From: Octopus bimaculoides
Taxonomy: Eukaryota
DNA length: 39,411 nucleotides
Direction: 5' to 3'
Assembly: GCF_001194135.2 (NCBI RefSeq)
Contig: NC_068981.1
Location: 170,973,075 to 171,012,485, forward strand
Shown here: piece by piece, positions 36,205-39,411 of the stretch
How positions within the stretch are numbered: position 1 is the first letter of the stretch
Layout: each line of letters begins with the position of its first letter
Translations under genes and position numbers: made by a program
The notes under the pieces: model-generated
Told to the model about the DNA's origin: nothing
Databases searched by the model: none
What the model saw: only the letters and a program-made list of their open reading frames with translations

Positions 36205-37025
36205 ACTATATTTATGTATGTATGTCATTATACAGTTTTATTTCGAGATTTATTGCCAATACAAAAAGCGCCAAAGCTCCTTCTTAATTTCAACACCAAC
36301 AACAGGGTATTTTTGTTTGTATGTTTGTATGTTTGTATGTATGTATTTATCTATGTGTGTAGACTTGTATATTTTATGTTATGTATGTATTCTCATGCAT
36401 ATAATTGCATATCTAGAGACGCTCATATGTATATACGTATGCAGGTATGTATGTATGTATGTATATATGTATGTATGTATGCATGCATGCATTATGTATG
36501 TGTGTGTATGTGTGTACGTATGTATGCATGCATGTATGTACGTACGTACCTATGTATGGATACTTTTACGAAGGTGAAATCTTATTCTGAGGAAGAAACC
36601 GTACTTTTTACTATTCCCCTCACAAACTTATTTGTGACGTGCATTTTCTGTGAACCTTATTTTATCAAGTTTGTCAATTAGGTATTTACTCAAAAGTGCA
36701 CCAATTAGCTTTTGGTATAAATAGAAATTTATCATATGGGTATAGACGCTGGAGATTTTGAAGCAGTTGTCCATTAGTTCCCTCTGATATTTGAAGAGGT
36801 TTTCCCATCAGCAAGGAAACCGAGCTGTATGACAGTACATACATTTGCTTGTCCCAAGCAAAAATGTCTCGTCTGATATGTTTACAGTTGACAGAAGTTT
36901 TAATCGAAATGTTCCTCAAATATCCACCACTGTTGATGTCTGTGTATGGATTCAAATACAGTGGGATTCTCTATATTCATTTCTGGGCAGTCCTGTTTCC
37001 GGATCACACAGTAAATTGCTTACAT
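36205..37025 (-). mobile_element. RLE retrotransposon, (TACA)n-associated family, copy 3 (older)
   Basis: AIYCVIRKQDCPE..; ISIKTSVNCKHIRRDIFAWDK; QLLQNLQRLYPYDKFLFIP are homologous to copy 1. The 3' UTR (36220-36430) matches 15300-15500, for example TATTGGCAA.AAATCT.GAAATAAAACTG. Confidence 0.8.
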
Positions 37026-37084
37026 GTATGTATGCATGAATATGTATGTCTCTATCTATCAATCAATCTATCTATCTTTCTATC

Positions 37085-37208
37085 TGACTACCTACCTACC
37101 TACCTACCTACCTACCTACCTACCTACCTACCTACCATCCTACCTACCGATCTATGAATGTATGTATGTATGTATGTATGTATGTATGTATGTATGTATG
37201 TATGTATG
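37085..37208. repeat. Compound (CTAC)n(TATG)n microsatellite
   Basis: Direct observation. Confidence 0.96.
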
Positions 37209-37689
37209 AAATATAAGATAGTTTTTATATCTTAACGGATGAAATTTAGGTTTACGTGTTCAGTGGAAACTGATTAATATTTATTTTCGGTTAAAACTCT
37301 ATGACATTGTTGTATCCATAATACATTAAAAATCCAAACAGTCTTATAAAAGTCTATTTCGTCAGCTTTCCCAAAATAGATTGGTACATATGACATGACC
37401 TCTCAAAGGTTAAAAATATCCTTTCATATGTCTGGACTACATTACAAATCGATGTTTATTCTATTATTTCGATCTACTTAATAAGCAAATTCTAGGAAAG
37501 AACGTGTGTAAAATTTGTATATGAAGTATGGATTCTTATCAACATAGACTAGAAGTCACTATAAGCTCATATACAATTATTACATTTCTATAATTCCTTA
37601 TGTATATTTATTCTAATCTCTGAATGGTTGTAATGTTATTAATCAGTTGCATTCGATCGAACAATTTCAATTAACTGCACACAAGCATA

Positions 37690-37726
<37 letters not shown>

Positions 37727-38402
37727 TTATATAAATATAAGTGTATGCATGCATATACATATCTCTGTGCACATGAGTGTATGCACGAATATATAAGATT
37801 GCTTTTGTTCGTGTCTTTCTCTANNNNNNNNNNNNNNNNNNNNNNNNNNNNNNNNNNNNNNNNNNNNNNNNNNNNNNNNNNNNNNNNNNNNNNNNNNNNN
37901 NNNNNNNNNNNNNNNNNNNNNNNNNNNNNNNNNNNNNNNNNNNNNNNNNNNNNNNNNNNNNNNNNNNNNNNNNNNNNNNNNNNNNNNNNNNNNNNNNNNN
38001 NNNNNNNNNNNNNNNNNNNNNNNNNNNNNNNNNNATATATATATGATGTATATATGTATGTATGTATGCATGACTGCATCTATGTATGTATACTGAAAAG
38101 ATGCAAGGTCAGGATGCAGACGAAAATGTAAACATCTCTCATAGTACTAAAACACACAAAACGAATTCAACTTGAAGGAGCTTGTTCATGCTTAATCACT
38201 CTTGGCAACAACTAATTATGGCAGCATTTTCGCCGTAACTCAGACCCGACAACCTACTGACATTTCGCATGAAATCTCACCGAGTTCATTATTTCGTTGT
38301 CCATAAATAAGATACTGTGAAGTACTAGACCGAATTATCCTTACAGCCACCTTTCTTTCTATCTTTCCTCTTCCTCTCTGTCTCTCTCCCTTTCTCTCAC
38401 TC

Positions 38403-38433
<31 letters not shown>

Positions 38434-39148
38434 CATTCTTTTGGAACCGGGTATAACGCTAATAGAGAGTTCACAACTTCTGTTTCTCTAGACAGTTATT
38501 GAGCGACGGGCTGGCAAAATAAACTACAAAGTATATGTATACATTTGGGTGTGCATCTTACAGTTTGTGTGTGTTTAAATGTGCAAATTTTCGTTTTCAG
38601 ATATGTAAGTATATATGTTTTCATTATATTACATTCATGTATATAAATGTATGCATGTATGTTTGTTTGTTAGGCTGTATGGTAAGAAGCTTGCCGTTAC
38701 TAACGCCCCATTTAGATATATTCATTTCTAGGGATTTGCCCCAAAGATTGATTGATGAACAATCCAAATACTTAACAAACTAAATTAATGTCATTTTAAT
38801 TGTAGTGTGTACATACTGACCTGTTCGTCATCACTAACTTATGGTATTCGCGGTGATGATTATGATAATGATGAAGATTGTCATAATGACAAAAATAATG
38901 ATGATCATATTATAAATCGGGATCCTTCATCGATTCCACTGACTTCCATTGAATTGTTCGATGAGGAGAGCCAAATATTCCTTCAGTTAGCGTATGAGTG
39001 ACGGAGTATTCCAGAAGCATAAGAAACAAATTGAGACAGTGTGCTATAAAGTAACAAGGCTAGGACACTTTATTAATGGTAGAAAATATCATATACGCTT
39101 CCACACAATCAGAAACTCTGGGTGATAGGGGCACATATGAAATCTTGA

Positions 39149-39290
39149 CCGTAATTTAGCGGTTCGTTAAAAGAGTGCAATAGAATATCAGACATTAAGT
39201 AAGTACCGGAGACGATTTAATCAAGTAAACTCTTCACGACAGTATCACAGTATGGATACAGTACAATGACGGAGAAAAGTGAACGAAAAA
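39149..39290 (+). mobile_element. Decayed SINE family A 3' half
   Basis: CCGTAATTTAGCGGTTCGTTAAAAGAG..ATAGAATA matches the family A block CCGTAACTTAGCGGTTCGGCAAAAGAG. Confidence 0.5.
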
Positions 39291-39299
39291 TATGCAACT

Positions 39300-39362
39300 C
39301 GATATGGGATCGAAATCATGACGTCATAAATGGGAAAATTGAAGCCCTTCTTGCCTCAGCCA
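39300..39362 (-). mobile_element. Possible tRNA-like SINE head
   Basis: Minus strand has TGGCTGAGGCAAG (A-box-like) and GATTTCGATCCC (B-box-like) at tRNA-like spacing. Confidence 0.3.
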
Positions 39363-39411
39363 ACGTGCAGCATGTGTCTATGTATACATGTGTATGGATA
39401 TATATATATAT

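Larger units (their letters stand above)
10765..38034. other. Seven assembly gaps: 10765-10948, 12475-12744, 13585-13866, 21310-21490, 22446-23006, 30304-30537, 37824-38034
   Basis: N-runs, each flanked on at least one side by simple repeats, typical of a short-read assembly. Confidence 0.99.

Noticed and set aside
10423-38131. Long ORFs in the track that span N-gaps (for example 10423-11190, 12323-12787, 21186-21851, 22367-23092, 30046-30720, 37639-38079)
   Set aside because: Their length comes from runs of X and from flanking microsatellite or SINE sequence; there is no coding signal.

Overview
AT-rich, microsatellite-dense animal genomic DNA with seven N-gaps, each flanked by simple repeats. 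The repeat content suggests a coleoid cephalopod, probably Octopus; this is my inference from recalled SINE families, not a search. I find no confidently supported host protein-coding gene, and most ORFs in the supplied track are microsatellite or N-gap artefacts. The window is mostly decayed mobile elements: two tRNA-derived SINE families; several Dong/R4-like non-LTR retrotransposon fragments with a restriction-like endonuclease (RLE), one set in (AAT)n and a distinct set bounded by (TACA)n; an RTE-type LINE fragment; a Helitron remnant with a 5 x 69-bp coding repeat; and a probable Helentron/DINE-like non-autonomous element. The most notable observations are a 5'-truncated U6 snRNA copy lying 4 nt upstream of a B-box-deleted SINE head (possible U6-SINE chimera), a putative (TACA)n-targeting RLE retroelement family in three copies, a 100%-identical 170-bp inverted repeat, an RT-less internally deleted Dong/R4 element, and a tail-to-tail Dong inversion junction. 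Element boundaries are approximate.
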